NCBI GenBank assembly: GCA_050273025.1 | Contig: CP158636.1 | Location: forward strand, 4,154,001-4,218,000 | Source: Cenococcum geophilum | Lineage: Eukaryota | DNA length: 64,000 nucleotides | Direction: 5' to 3' | In this document: positions 25,381-36,991 of the stretch, piece after piece | Position numbering within the stretch: position 1 is the first letter of the stretch | Layout of the letters: each line of letters starts with the position of its first letter | Position numbers and translations under genes: made by a program | Notes under the pieces: model-generated | Database searches by the model: none | Told to the model about the DNA's origin: nothing | The model's input: only the letters and a program-made list of their open reading frames with translations

Positions 25381-25806
25381 ATATGTTTTACCACTTACCG
25401 GACCAAACCACTCACTAGACCACCTTAAAAAACCACCAAAAATTAGGAAAATCGCATCTTAATATCTTAACAACGGCTTAATAATAAATTCTTAAATTTC
25501 ATAATTAGCTTTTTATGCCTATTTTGAGACTCTAATCTAACTTTAAAAGTAATTCAGTAAGTGGTTCTAGAGGAATAGTAATTCCGCTCAAAATTAGGGG
25601 CCAAAACTCGATATCTTAATAACGGCTAGGCTTATTATTCCAGAACTTTAGCAGGAGTCTTAAAATAGGTATAAACGGCTAAATATAAAAATTTAAAATT
25701 TATTATTAAGCCGTTGTTAAGATATCAAGATGCGATTTTCCCGATTTTTGGTGGTTTTTTGAGGTGGTTTAGTAAGTGGTTCGGTCCGGTGAGTGGTAAA
25801 ACACGT
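25381..25806. mobile_element. MITE with long TIRs (pogo/Fot1-type ends), copy 2, abutting copy 1 at a shared TA
   Basis: 25381-25520 is the reverse complement of about 25667-25806; ends ...AAACACGT|TA. Confidence 0.8.
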
Positions 25807-26344
25807 TAATTGGCCTCGCTTAGCTAAGCCCTATACACACGCCATATGACTTGCCTCCAAGCTCTACGCACCCTCTTCGGCGCCGAAAAAATAGGCCGGA
25901 ATGCGGTACGTAAGCCTCATTAGCTAATATAAATAACAATAACAATATATACTAAGCGGCTGCATAATTGTAGAAGAGCTAATGGGCAGATAACCCAGTA
26001 TTAAATGTATATTGTTTTGTTTTATGGCGTTAAAGCATAAGATTTAGTAGTGTTAGACCTGGGGAGAATAGGCCGGATAGGCCTCTTAGATAATAGACCT
26101 ATTAGCTAATAGTATCCGGAGACTATCCGGATAGTCTCCGGATAGTTTTAGTAAAAACCCCTAATATACTTACACTTATAATGCACCCCCTAATATTAAA
26201 TAAATAATTTTTCTATTAGTATGGATTTATAGAGCTTATAAAGCGCTTTAAAATGGTACCACTTTTATCTAAATATCCTAAGGATAAGTAGTATTATATA
26301 GATATAAGGCTTATAAGAGCACTGCGGAATAAGGCTTAGGGGGA

Positions 26345-26665
26345 GCCCTATACGGAGCTTTACTAAAGCTTAGTATAAGCTCCGTATAAAGCTCCGCACG
26401 AAGCTCCGTATAAAGCTCTGCGGAGGCTCCGTATAAAGCTCTATAAAGGCTCCGTACGAAGCTCTATGGAGGCTCCGCATAAAGCTCTGTAAAGGCTCTG
26501 TATAAAGCTCTACGGAGGCTCTATATAAAGCTCTGCATAAAGCTTTACACGAAGCTCTGTACAAAGCTTTTATATAGAGCCTCTGTAGTAGAGCCGTTGT
26601 ACGCAAAACCGTTATATATAGAGCCGTTGTGCAGAGCCTCCGTATATAGAGCTTTATGCAGAGCC
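26345..26665. repeat. Tandem array of 11-12-bp units (consensus about AAGCTCCGTAC/GGAGGCTCCGC)
   Basis: More than 20 consecutive degenerate AAGCTCYGYAY/GAGCC units. Confidence 0.9.
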
Positions 26666-26812
26666 TTAGTAAGTATCTTTAGCTTTCTTACTAATTATAT
26701 ATTTTCTTTTTACCTTTTTATTTATACTTCTCTTTATATAAAATACTATAAAATAAAATAAAAATAGGAAAAAAGAGAGGAGACCTGGCAGTTTAAATTT
26801 AGTAACTTTTTT

Positions 26813-27404
26813 CTACTCCTTATTATCCTCTAGTTCTATAATCCGATCCTTACCCTCTAATGCTCCCGTTGCCGCCACTATAGGCTAAGAATTTATATCG
26901 TACGACGAATATTAAGCTTTATAATCCCCCTACTTGCAATTTCTATAGCACTTACTATAGAACCCTAGGAGACTCCGATATTTAGTAAAGGGGTAAAGGC
27001 CTATTAGACGACGTAGAGTTACTATATAAGCTTCGTAAGGCTAGTATTAATTAGCTCTTTACCTTATATAAGTAATATAGGTTACTTATAGTTATATTTA
27101 GAGACCTATAGCTCTAAATTAGAATTACATTTATATATAAGGGCCTCCCTATCTATACCTACTTCTTTAATATACCCCTAACCTAAGCCTCTATATTAAT
27201 TGCTAGTAAAGCTTTTACCTTCTCCTACTTATTCTAAGAGTAGTTAGTTATATAAGTATATTATACAGAGAGAAGAGTTTACTTATAATATAGTAATATT
27301 GCTAAAGAATCTGTTATATAGTAGGACGGGAAGTATACTAAATAATTATATTTTCCGATTTTTAATAAAGGACGATAATAGTGGGATTTAAACTTATAAT
27401 CTAT
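26813..27404 (-). pseudogene. RIPed DUF3716-like Cys-rich protein gene
   Basis: Reads PYEAYIVTLRRLIGLYPFTKYRSLLGFYSKCYRNCK*GDYKA*YS. RIP-reverted this is PCEAC...PFAECRSLPGFHGECCGNCKWGDHGARCS, the DUF3716-type pattern as recalled, followed by an acidic tail RIIELEDNKE. Confidence 0.7.
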
Positions 27405-29029
27405 TAAGTTTAAAGTTAGTATATATTTACCTATGCCACCTATACGCCTTTAGTGGTTACCTTTTGCCTAAAATTTTTTATATATACCCCTTACCCCCCT
27501 TTAGTGTTATATAATATACCCCTTATATACTTTCCCTTATATAACTATAAGAGAATACTTAGAATCTTATAAGCTGCCTAGTCCTTTACGTATTCTAATA
27601 CCTTAAGTATTTATAGAGTAGTACTTGTATAATCCTATAGAACGCGACATTAAAAACCTAAAAATACTCTCTTTAGCTTATTACTTATTCCAGGTATTAA
27701 GAGAACTTTAATTATAAGCTATAAGAGTTATAGAAATCTTATATACTAAAAAGGCTAGTTCTACTATTAAATAGCTATTATATAGCTATTGAGCGGAATT
27801 AGATTCTTATTAATATAGTTATTAAACTTATTTAGACTCTATAGACGAGTATATTTTAAATAATACTAAAGATAAGTCTTATAGAAGGTAGAGAGGTTTT
27901 CTTTAAACTCTAAAGGCGACTTTTAAGTTTTCTTAGTTGTATATAATATAGTTAAACCTAAAAGTATTACTTTCTCGCAGAATCTCTTTTAGAGCTTTTA
28001 TACGCTAAAAAGCTTCTTTTCTTCTTTAACGGTAATATAATCGTTCTAATCTTTTAAGAAAGCTATACAATACTCTAGTATTACAGAACCCCACCGCAGG
28101 GGTCTCTATAGGAGAGCCCCGTGCTCTTATATACACCTCGCGTACAGCTTATGTCAGCTACGCGTAGGTATATTACCTCCTTACGCCCTTAACCCTTACA
28201 ATCGATCGCGTAACGTCTTATAAACTCCTTAAATAAATACGCTCTATAGCCACTGCCCTTATTCCATAACATTACGTTGCGCCTTTTTACTACTAATACT
28301 TAGCCTATAACTAATTCTACGTCTCTATAATACTATAGGCGCTACTAAAAGCAGCATATCTATAAATTACCTCACTTTATACTTCTAAGGAACCTATAAT
28401 AGTAAGATAATATTCCTTACTAACTACTATATCAAACCTAAAGAACAATTTAATACCTATATTTAACCTATAACGCCAATTAATTCTAAAAGAATTTGAT
28501 TTATTAGCCCTAGCCTTAACCCCTAAGGAGATAGACACTAATAATATCTTATCTTTTATTAACTATATAACTACGGACAAGCAAATAAAAGGGCTACTAC
28601 CTATTAAAATTAAAATACGAGACGCTAAGATATTTGTAAAAATAGTAGCATAAAACCCTAATAAATACTACCGCCTTCTATAGAACTACTACCTAAAGCT
28701 TATATAAGCTAAGATGTATACTACCTAGGATTATAATATTATCTAAGACCTATAAGCTTATAAGGCGCTCACCAACAATATATATTAAGAAACTAAAGAT
28801 AACCTTTATATGTCTAAACGTAATATCTAATAGTTAAAGAAGAATAAGATTATACTAATTGCTACAGTTACTAAAAAAGAAGGTATAATTAAATACCTAT
28901 AATTTTAGCTTAATAAGCACATTTGTAATAACGCTAGATACCTCTTTACTATATATAACGCCACCTAAGTCTTTACGCCCCTAGTAACTTTACCTACTTA
29001 ACGTTTAACAGAGGGTTAGCGCTAAGTAG

Positions 29030-32000
29030 TGTAATAGAACCTTGTAGCAGGAACTACAATAGGCTCGTTATTGGGCTAGGTATGTAGGTGATATAAGATA
29101 GAGGTCAACGATTAATAATAACTAGTAGAGTGGTTGCCTAACAGATTAACTCTAATTATATTCTAAGAATTACTATAAGGAAGGAACTATCTAGGTAGGG
29201 ACTAAGGGTCCTTAAATACTCAACCGTACTCCTATAAAATCCTTCTTATACGTAATATACGTATACTCTATCTACTCTGTCACGGATTATACAGATCCTA
29301 TAGATTATATAGATTATGTCATATAACCTTAGTTACTATTCCTTGTTATATAGCTCTACTAGTTCCATTCTAGACCGTACCTAAATTAACTAACCAGCTT
29401 CTTCCAACTCTTCCCTAAGTAGTTATAACATTGTACTTAAAGCGTCCGTAACACTATCTCCCTCCTCTTTATCTTTGTCCTTAAAGATTCCTAATATCTC
29501 TAAGTCGTTTACTAGAGGTGTAATATCCGTCTAATTAATTTGGTTAATATCGTTACTTATTATACCTAAAGTAATTTCTTCTTCGACTGCTTATCGAATT
29601 CGCACTATAGCTGCAATATTATCTCTTAGTGAGATTATACCGTCTCCGTATTCTTATTATTCGAAAAAGGGGCTAGTTTATATTGCGTTAGTAAACCCAT
29701 CTTCGCGACAACCATCCTTTTGCTTAAAGTACACTAAAGTAAATATTTATTTATCCTATAATGTTTGCTCTATCTCTAATACTAAATATATACAACCTAT
29801 TACTCTTAATAGTTGTCTGGTTCCTTAATTAATTTATCTTAGAGTTTTATATTTAATCTACTACTACGTAGCTAGATAATAAACTATCTGTTACTTTGGC
29901 AAAGTTGCGCCATTTCTATAATGCTAAATAAGAGGCTGCCGAAGCTTAGCAACGGGCCCTTAAGTCTTATCTTACGGCGTCTGCTTAGTTAATCCGTCTT
30001 AAAAAGGTTCGCAAGAAGGTCTATTTTAAAAAGTGGAAACTTATAGAATAGGGTCTATAAGAACTTAGTAATAAAAGAATAGATTCTCCTCTAATAGAGG
30101 AGGAAATAGGTCTAAGTAGCTCAGCAACTGCTCTTCTTGGGTCCCCCTTAGGTAACTTATTTTTTAGCGATCCTTTTTTATTAATACTGCCTAACCTAAT
30201 TTCTTCTAATACTCCTATACCTTTCTTATAGCGTTTTTTAAATTCTTTAGTAGCTCCTAGGTAGTCTTATTATAGCCTATCTACTTAACCTTATACTATA
30301 TTTTATTATTAATATCCTTATAACTAATAATCTTTAAAACTTGCTATTTATCTTTTTCCTGTCCTCTATATATATCTGCTTTATAGACTAGTGGCTTAAT
30401 ATTTCCGTATACTAGCTCTAGTATTGCGATATACTATATAGGGTAGATCTTTATTTTGGCTAGTAGGTTTAACTTAAATATAACTAATAAAATTCTTTAT
30501 ACGATTTTAAAAGGTCCTAGTTTAACGTAGTCTAACTTCTTACTTAGTTATTAACTCTTAAAATTTTTATATAGTAGCTATACTTTATCTCCCTCCTTAA
30601 GATCTAGTCCCTTAGATCTCTTAGCATTATAGTACCTTTTTATTCTTTCTTGTACTTTTTTTACTAATTCTATAAGGTCTGTATAAAGATTTATTAATAT
30701 CTTTATCCTTTCTTTAGCTATACTACTTATTTTCTTTACTTACTATAGTAATAACGATATTCTTAGCTTATATCCGTAATTTGCCTTAAATAGTAATATG
30801 CCTATCCCTTTTTAGGGTGTTATATTATATATAAACTATATAACTAGTAATAGCGATACCTAATTATTTTATGCATAATTAATATAGTGCCTTAGATACT
30901 ACTCTAATATCTAATTTAATCTTTCTATTTAACCGTCTGTCTGCAGATAATATACGGTAGAAGTTGCTACTCTAACTTTTTATTCTACTAAGAATACCTC
31001 CTAAAATGCTATTATAAATCTTAGATCTCTATCTAATATAATCTTACTTAGTACTCCGTGTCTTATAAACACTTCTTTAATATAAATTCTAGCGATATCT
31101 TCCGCTAAAATTTCTTCCGTATATGCTATAAAGTATCCCCACTTTATAAGCTTATCTACTATTACTAAAATCGCGTTATAATCTTATCCGGTAATAGGGT
31201 CTCTTAACTTTAGTAACTTAATAATAAAGTCCTATAATATAACCTCCTATAGTCTTTCTGGTGTTTTAATAGGTTATAGCCCTCTATATAGTTTATGCCT
31301 CGCCGGTTTATTCCTTTAGTAATTTAAATATTCTTTTATAACCTTTTTAGCTATCCTTTAGATTCTATTAATAATATACTCCTCTTAGAGTCTTAACACT
31401 AAGCCCATAGCTCTATTATGTCCTTAAGTTAATCCCTTATAAAATTCCTCCATAAACTACTCTACTATATTTCTTAAAATATACTTAGCTTCTCAATTTT
31501 CGTATATATCTATCTATAGATCTTCTAGTTATACCTCTAGAATTCTTTATACCTAAAAGCTTCCTAGTAACTTATAAACTCCCTTTAATTCTTTCTAAGT
31601 TGCTATAATCTTTAGATAATTATACCTAATTAGTCCATCCTTGTCTTTTCGCAGTAAAGCCCCTAATGGCTTTTCTTTGTTTTATAGTTTAGCCTTCCGA
31701 CTTAAAGCATCTACTTATATATTATCTGTGCCTTTAGTATACTAAATCTTAAAATAGTATTTTATAAGCATCTCTGCCCATCTAACCTATTTTTAGTTAA
31801 GTTCCTTTATTATTAGGAATCCTATTAAGTTCTTATAATCTGTCTTAACTATAAATAGTTTCTCTATACCTTATAAGAATACTCTTAATTTTTTTAATAC
31901 TATAACTATACCTAATAACTCCTTATTATAGATATTATAGTTCAACTCTAGTGGTGTTATTTTTCGACTATAGTATACTACTAGGTGCTATTTATCTTAA

Positions 32001-35000
32001 TATTTCTATATAAAGTACGCCCCTAGTATATAGTCTAATATATCTATCTCTATAACCGTCTCTAGTCCTAGTTAATAGATCTTAAGAACTAGCTCCTAGG
32101 TAAACAATTCCTTAATTTTCTTAAACAGTTCTTACTGCTCCTTTCCCTATACCTATAGTTCTTCTTTCTTTATTAGTTACATAAGTGGCTTAATATCCTT
32201 TAACTACTGCGCTATAAACCTTCTATAGTAATTATAAAACCCTAGGAATAATCTTAACTGCGTAACGTTCTCTAGTTCTTACCAATTTACTATAGCCTTA
32301 ATCTTCTTTAAATCTATGCTAAGTTAGCCTAGTTTAATAATAAATCTAATAAAATCGGTCTTCCTAGTAAAGAACTCGCATTTCTCGATTACTATTAGCA
32401 TCTATTCTTCTTATAGTTTCTTTAAAACCCATTTAACGTGTTCCCCGTGCTCTTCCTTAGTTATTAAGTAGATAATAATATTATTAAAGTATACTATAAT
32501 AAATTTATCTAAGTGTTCTCCTAATATATTATTAATATACTTCTAGAACGTTACTAGTACGTTTATAAGCCCAAATTGCATAACTAATAGTTTATATAGT
32601 CCTTCCTTTAACCTAAAGGCTGCCTTCTATTTATCGCCTTCCTTAATCCGGATCTAATAGTACGCCCATCTTAAATCTATCTTCGTAAAGATTTACGCGT
32701 TGCCTATCCTATCTTAGATTTCACTAATTAAGGGTAAAGGATACCTATCCTTTCTGGTAATACTATTTAACTATCTATAGTTAATATATAGCCTTAGCTT
32801 GCTATTCTTCTTTAGTACAAATAGTACTAGATATCCCGCTAATAACTATAATGGTCTAATATATCCCTTTTATAAGTTTTCTTAGATAAACTCTTTTAAT
32901 GCTCTACCTTCTTCTTTAGTAAGCTTATATATTAGAAAGAACCTTAGACTTATTTCTAATTCTAATTCTATTTTATAGTCCCATACTATATAATCTACTA
33001 ACTTTTTACTTTCTAGGCTCTATAGTTTTTTGCCATACTTATAGTATCTTTTTAGTATATAACTTAGTCCTTTTTCTATTTCTTTATAGGTTGCTCCTGC
33101 TTAGTACTATACCAACTTAGTTTACTATCGCATTCTATAGCGTTAAGTATCCCTAATATTAACCTAACCTATAACCCAATTAATCTTTAAATTGTACTTC
33201 TGTAACTAAGGCATTCCTAATACTGCCTTATTATTCCCTAATAGTAATATATTAAAAGACATCTTAATCTATCTCCCTTTAATAGTTATCCGAATAGGTC
33301 CTGTTTTAAAATTAATAATCCCTCCTCTATAGGCTATTGGATCTCCTAAAATTATCACTAATAGGTAAGATTACTCCTTCTGTTTATAAGGTAATCCCAT
33401 TCTCTTAACTACTACTAGTAAGATATAGTTCCGCGTTACTTTACTATCTATTAGCGCCTTAAACTGCTAATCTTACTATTTAACTTATAAATTTAGGTGT
33501 TGTCCTTAAATTCCTTTAAGGGTCTAAGGCTCTACTACTAGCTCCCTCTAGTCCCGTAGGCCTCCGCTTTTTCTAATTATTAGCTACTTAATCCTATTAT
33601 ACTTAGCTTATTCTTTAGCTAATACCTAGTTTATTTTTTATCTTTAATATACTATAAACACATGTTTTCTAGGTATTTCCACTACTATTATCCGTCTAAG
33701 TATTCTTCCGTAAGAAATCTTCCTAGTTAAAGTATTAAGTCGCCTAACTTCTAAACTTCTGCTAGATGCCAGCCATATATATACTTAGCATTCCTATATT
33801 ATTACTTATCTATTATCTAATATATCCTTATAGGGTATTTCCAATTCTTTTCCTTTAGGTTCTTATGCATCTTATATATATTATCCACGTATATAATCTA
33901 TAATAGCATATAGTATGCTAGGTGCTTTAAGTTAACTCTTAGCTCGTCTTTATCCTTAAGTTTAAACCTCTATTATGCTAATCTAAACATTATAACTTTA
34001 TTCGTAGGTACTAAAATGCGTCTCTCGCTTCTCTAGTCCTCTAATTATTCCTTTAGATCCTTTAACATTATAATTAAGGCTCCTTTAATATAATTTATAG
34101 CCTTTTCCGTAATTAGGTGGTCTTGGATAACTTTTTCATCCAACTATATATAGAAATCTTCCCACTTATTATTGTGCCTCTGCCTATACTACTTTTAGTA
34201 CAGGTGCTAGAGTATATACGGTTTATCCGTAAGGAAGTATCTTCTTATTACTGTATTATAACAGCCCTTTATATATCGTTCCTTAAATCTAGTAGGGATC
34301 CCTAGATCCTCTTCGTTCTCCAATTTAGTAAGCCACTTAGCTCTTAGTATGCCTACCCTAAGCCTATTAGTAATTCTACATACTAGCGCTTTATCCCTTA
34401 TACGTCCCACTATACTAGATTTCTTATCTAGTTTCTATTCTTGCTATGCAATAATTCTTTATCTAAACTCTTCTATAGTTTCCTTTAGTTTATATCTTAC
34501 GCTCTAATCCTTAAAGTTCTCTTACTTCTTAATCTTAATATTAACTTTTCGATCTTTAGTCTAAATACTATGTTCTACTAGTAAGTCCTCTAGGTCTATA
34601 TATCTGTCTCCTAGTCTAGTTACTATTTATATTACAGATTCTCTAATCTATAAAGAAGCTCCTTACTTCTTATCTATAGGTATTCTAATTCGTTCTCTAA
34701 ATTCTTAGCCCCTTAGATTTTTTAATCCTAAGCTTGCTTCTAACTTAAGCCTAGCTCCAGCCTTAGTCTAACTAGGCTTACTTAGTGTTCTCATCTTATC
34801 TTAAGAGTCTTAAATCTCACTTATCTCTTCTTAAGAGTCTTATGTTTGTAGGAAACTTCGTCCTAAGCTTATTCGTATATCTTTAAACTAAGCTATTGCT
34901 CTGCTCTATCGGTTATCGTCCGTTATAGGTCCTTAAGCTTACCTTATCTTGTCTTAAGAATCTTAGTTGTCTCTTATCTCGTCTTAAGAATCTTAAGCCT

Positions 35001-36991
35001 TTAGCCTTTTGCCTTTATTAAGTGCCAAAGTAGCTCGCTGTCCTACTTCTCTTGCGTCTTGCAAAGCAATAGACATTATATCTAGCGGGGTCTTAATCCC
35101 TACTAATGTTCCCTATTCTATAGTGGAATTATCCTTTACCTCTAGTATAACATCTCTAATGGCTACGTGTTCCCAGTAAACCGCCCTTATTACCTTATTA
35201 TTATAAAATATTTCGCCTTTATTAAATTTATTGTCTTTAATGTCCGATCTACGAACTGGTTTATTAGTTCCTTTACACTCCGCTAAGTATAGCTCCTATA
35301 GCTAATAGCTTACGCCGTACTTAGCATCCTTATAAATTTGGCATACGTTATTATAACAAACGCGAAACTTCTAATTAAATATTCTTTTATTCCTTATAGC
35401 ACATTATCGTCCCTTTATACGTATATATCGTCTACTAGTCTCATACCTTTTACTATATAGTAACTCTGCCCACTTCTATAGTTTCTAACATAATAACCTT
35501 ATTTCCCGCAATTTATATAAGCTCCCTCTTTAAACTATTTTTCTTACTATAGAGTCCGCCTAAACGTCTTCTGCTACTAAGATCCCTAGTTTAGCCTTTG
35601 CTCCTTAGTCCTATAATTACTAGATCCTTAACCTCTAGGTTTCTATAGTTTTTTACTCCATCTTATATAGGCTTCTTTAATACCACTTAGGTCCATTATC
35701 TCCGCGCCATACTATAGTTTTTAACTTAGCTTTAGTTATTACGTACTCTGCGCCTTATACAACTATAGAACTCTATCCTAACCTTACTTAGTCTATTCCC
35801 TTTAGTAGATCCAATTATTAATCTTAATCGCCTAATCTATTAGTTCCCTTAGGGTATCCGCATCTTCTATCAGAATAATTACGTCCTAGACTTTAGCCTT
35901 AAGTCCCTATTTATACTATGCTATAAGCGCCCTATTATTCCACTTAACTTATATTGCTAACGTCTGGAACTACATTATATATTTAATTGCTAAGGTTTAT
36001 TACGTAATGTCTTAGAGTTTTCTTTCCGCCGTAGTTACCGCCTCTAGGTCTCCGAACATTTATATAAGTCGTTCTACAAATCCATTCCAGCTTAAGAACA
36101 TAAACCGTACCTCTTAGTTTATAGTTGTTATTCTATTTACCTAGATTTCTATAAGGTAAAGCTTAAACCATTTAAGTGCCCTTCCTGTTAAGAACAATCC
36201 CGTGTACGCTATTTAATCTATAGGTGTTACTAGCTTAGCTCCCTTTTGCGTAACCTTAAAGTGCATTTACGTAAGGAATCCCTTAAGCTTTAATCTCTCT
36301 CCTAAGAATCTTTTAATTAATAGTAACTTAACCTTTACTGCGCCTATCCCGTTAATCCTATTTTCTAATATTATATTGTTTTCTATTAGCTAGTTAACTA
36401 TCTCTTATAGTTGTCCAATCGTTACGGGTTGCTATAAATTAGTGTCTACTATACTAGTATCGTTACCTAATCCCGATATAGTTGCCGCCATTAATAGCAT
36501 TATAGTGGCTGCTTTTGGTGGCATGTTATTTAACTTCTATATTAATACCGTAACTAAGTAGTGATTGTGTAACGGAACCTTATAGCAGGAACTACGATAG
36601 GCTTATTATTAGGCTAGGTATATAGGTGATATAAGATAGAGGTCAACAATTAATAATAACTGGTGGAGTAGTTGCCTAACAGATTAACTCTAATTGTATT
36701 CTAAGAATTACTATAAGGAAGGAACTATCTAGGTAGGGACTAAGGGTCCTTAAATACTTAACTGTACTCCTATAAAATCCTTCTTGTACGTAATATACGT
36801 ATGCTCTATTTGCTTTATTACGGATTATATAGATCCTATAGATTATATAGATTATATTACATAACCTTAGTTACTATTCCTCATTACATGGCTCTACTGG
36901 TTCCATCCTAGACCGTGCCTAAATTAACCAACTAGCTTCTTCCGACTCTTCCCCAAGTAGTTGTAATATTGTACTTAAAGCGTCCGTAATA
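29030..36991 (-). mobile_element. Full-length Ty3/Gypsy chromovirus family C (RIPed)
   Basis: 424-bp LTRs 29030-29453 and 36568-36991; TSD AGTAG/AGCAG; PPT complement at 29454-29469; gag ATG (MPPKAAT) near 36525; RT near 32470-32800; integrase near 30780-31450; chromodomain near 30230-30330. Confidence 0.95.
29562..30251 (+). pseudogene. Antisense accessory gene inside Gypsy C: Zn2Cys6-like cluster + coiled coil, one intron
   Basis: RIP-reverted MPKVISSSTA.RIRT...PSP(C)SY(C)SKKGLV(C)IAL.NPSSRQPS.C..(C)TK.N...S(C); putative intron 29788-29842; then LDNKLSVTLAKLRHF..A(EQ)EAAEA(Q)QRAL...LIRL.KVRKKV. Five of the six Cys are inferred from TAT/TAC codons. Confidence 0.65.

Noticed and set aside
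26370..26606. 78-aa repetitive ORF, or a CRISPR-like array
   Set aside because: Product of an 11-12-bp tandem repeat with no unique spacers; eukaryotic context.
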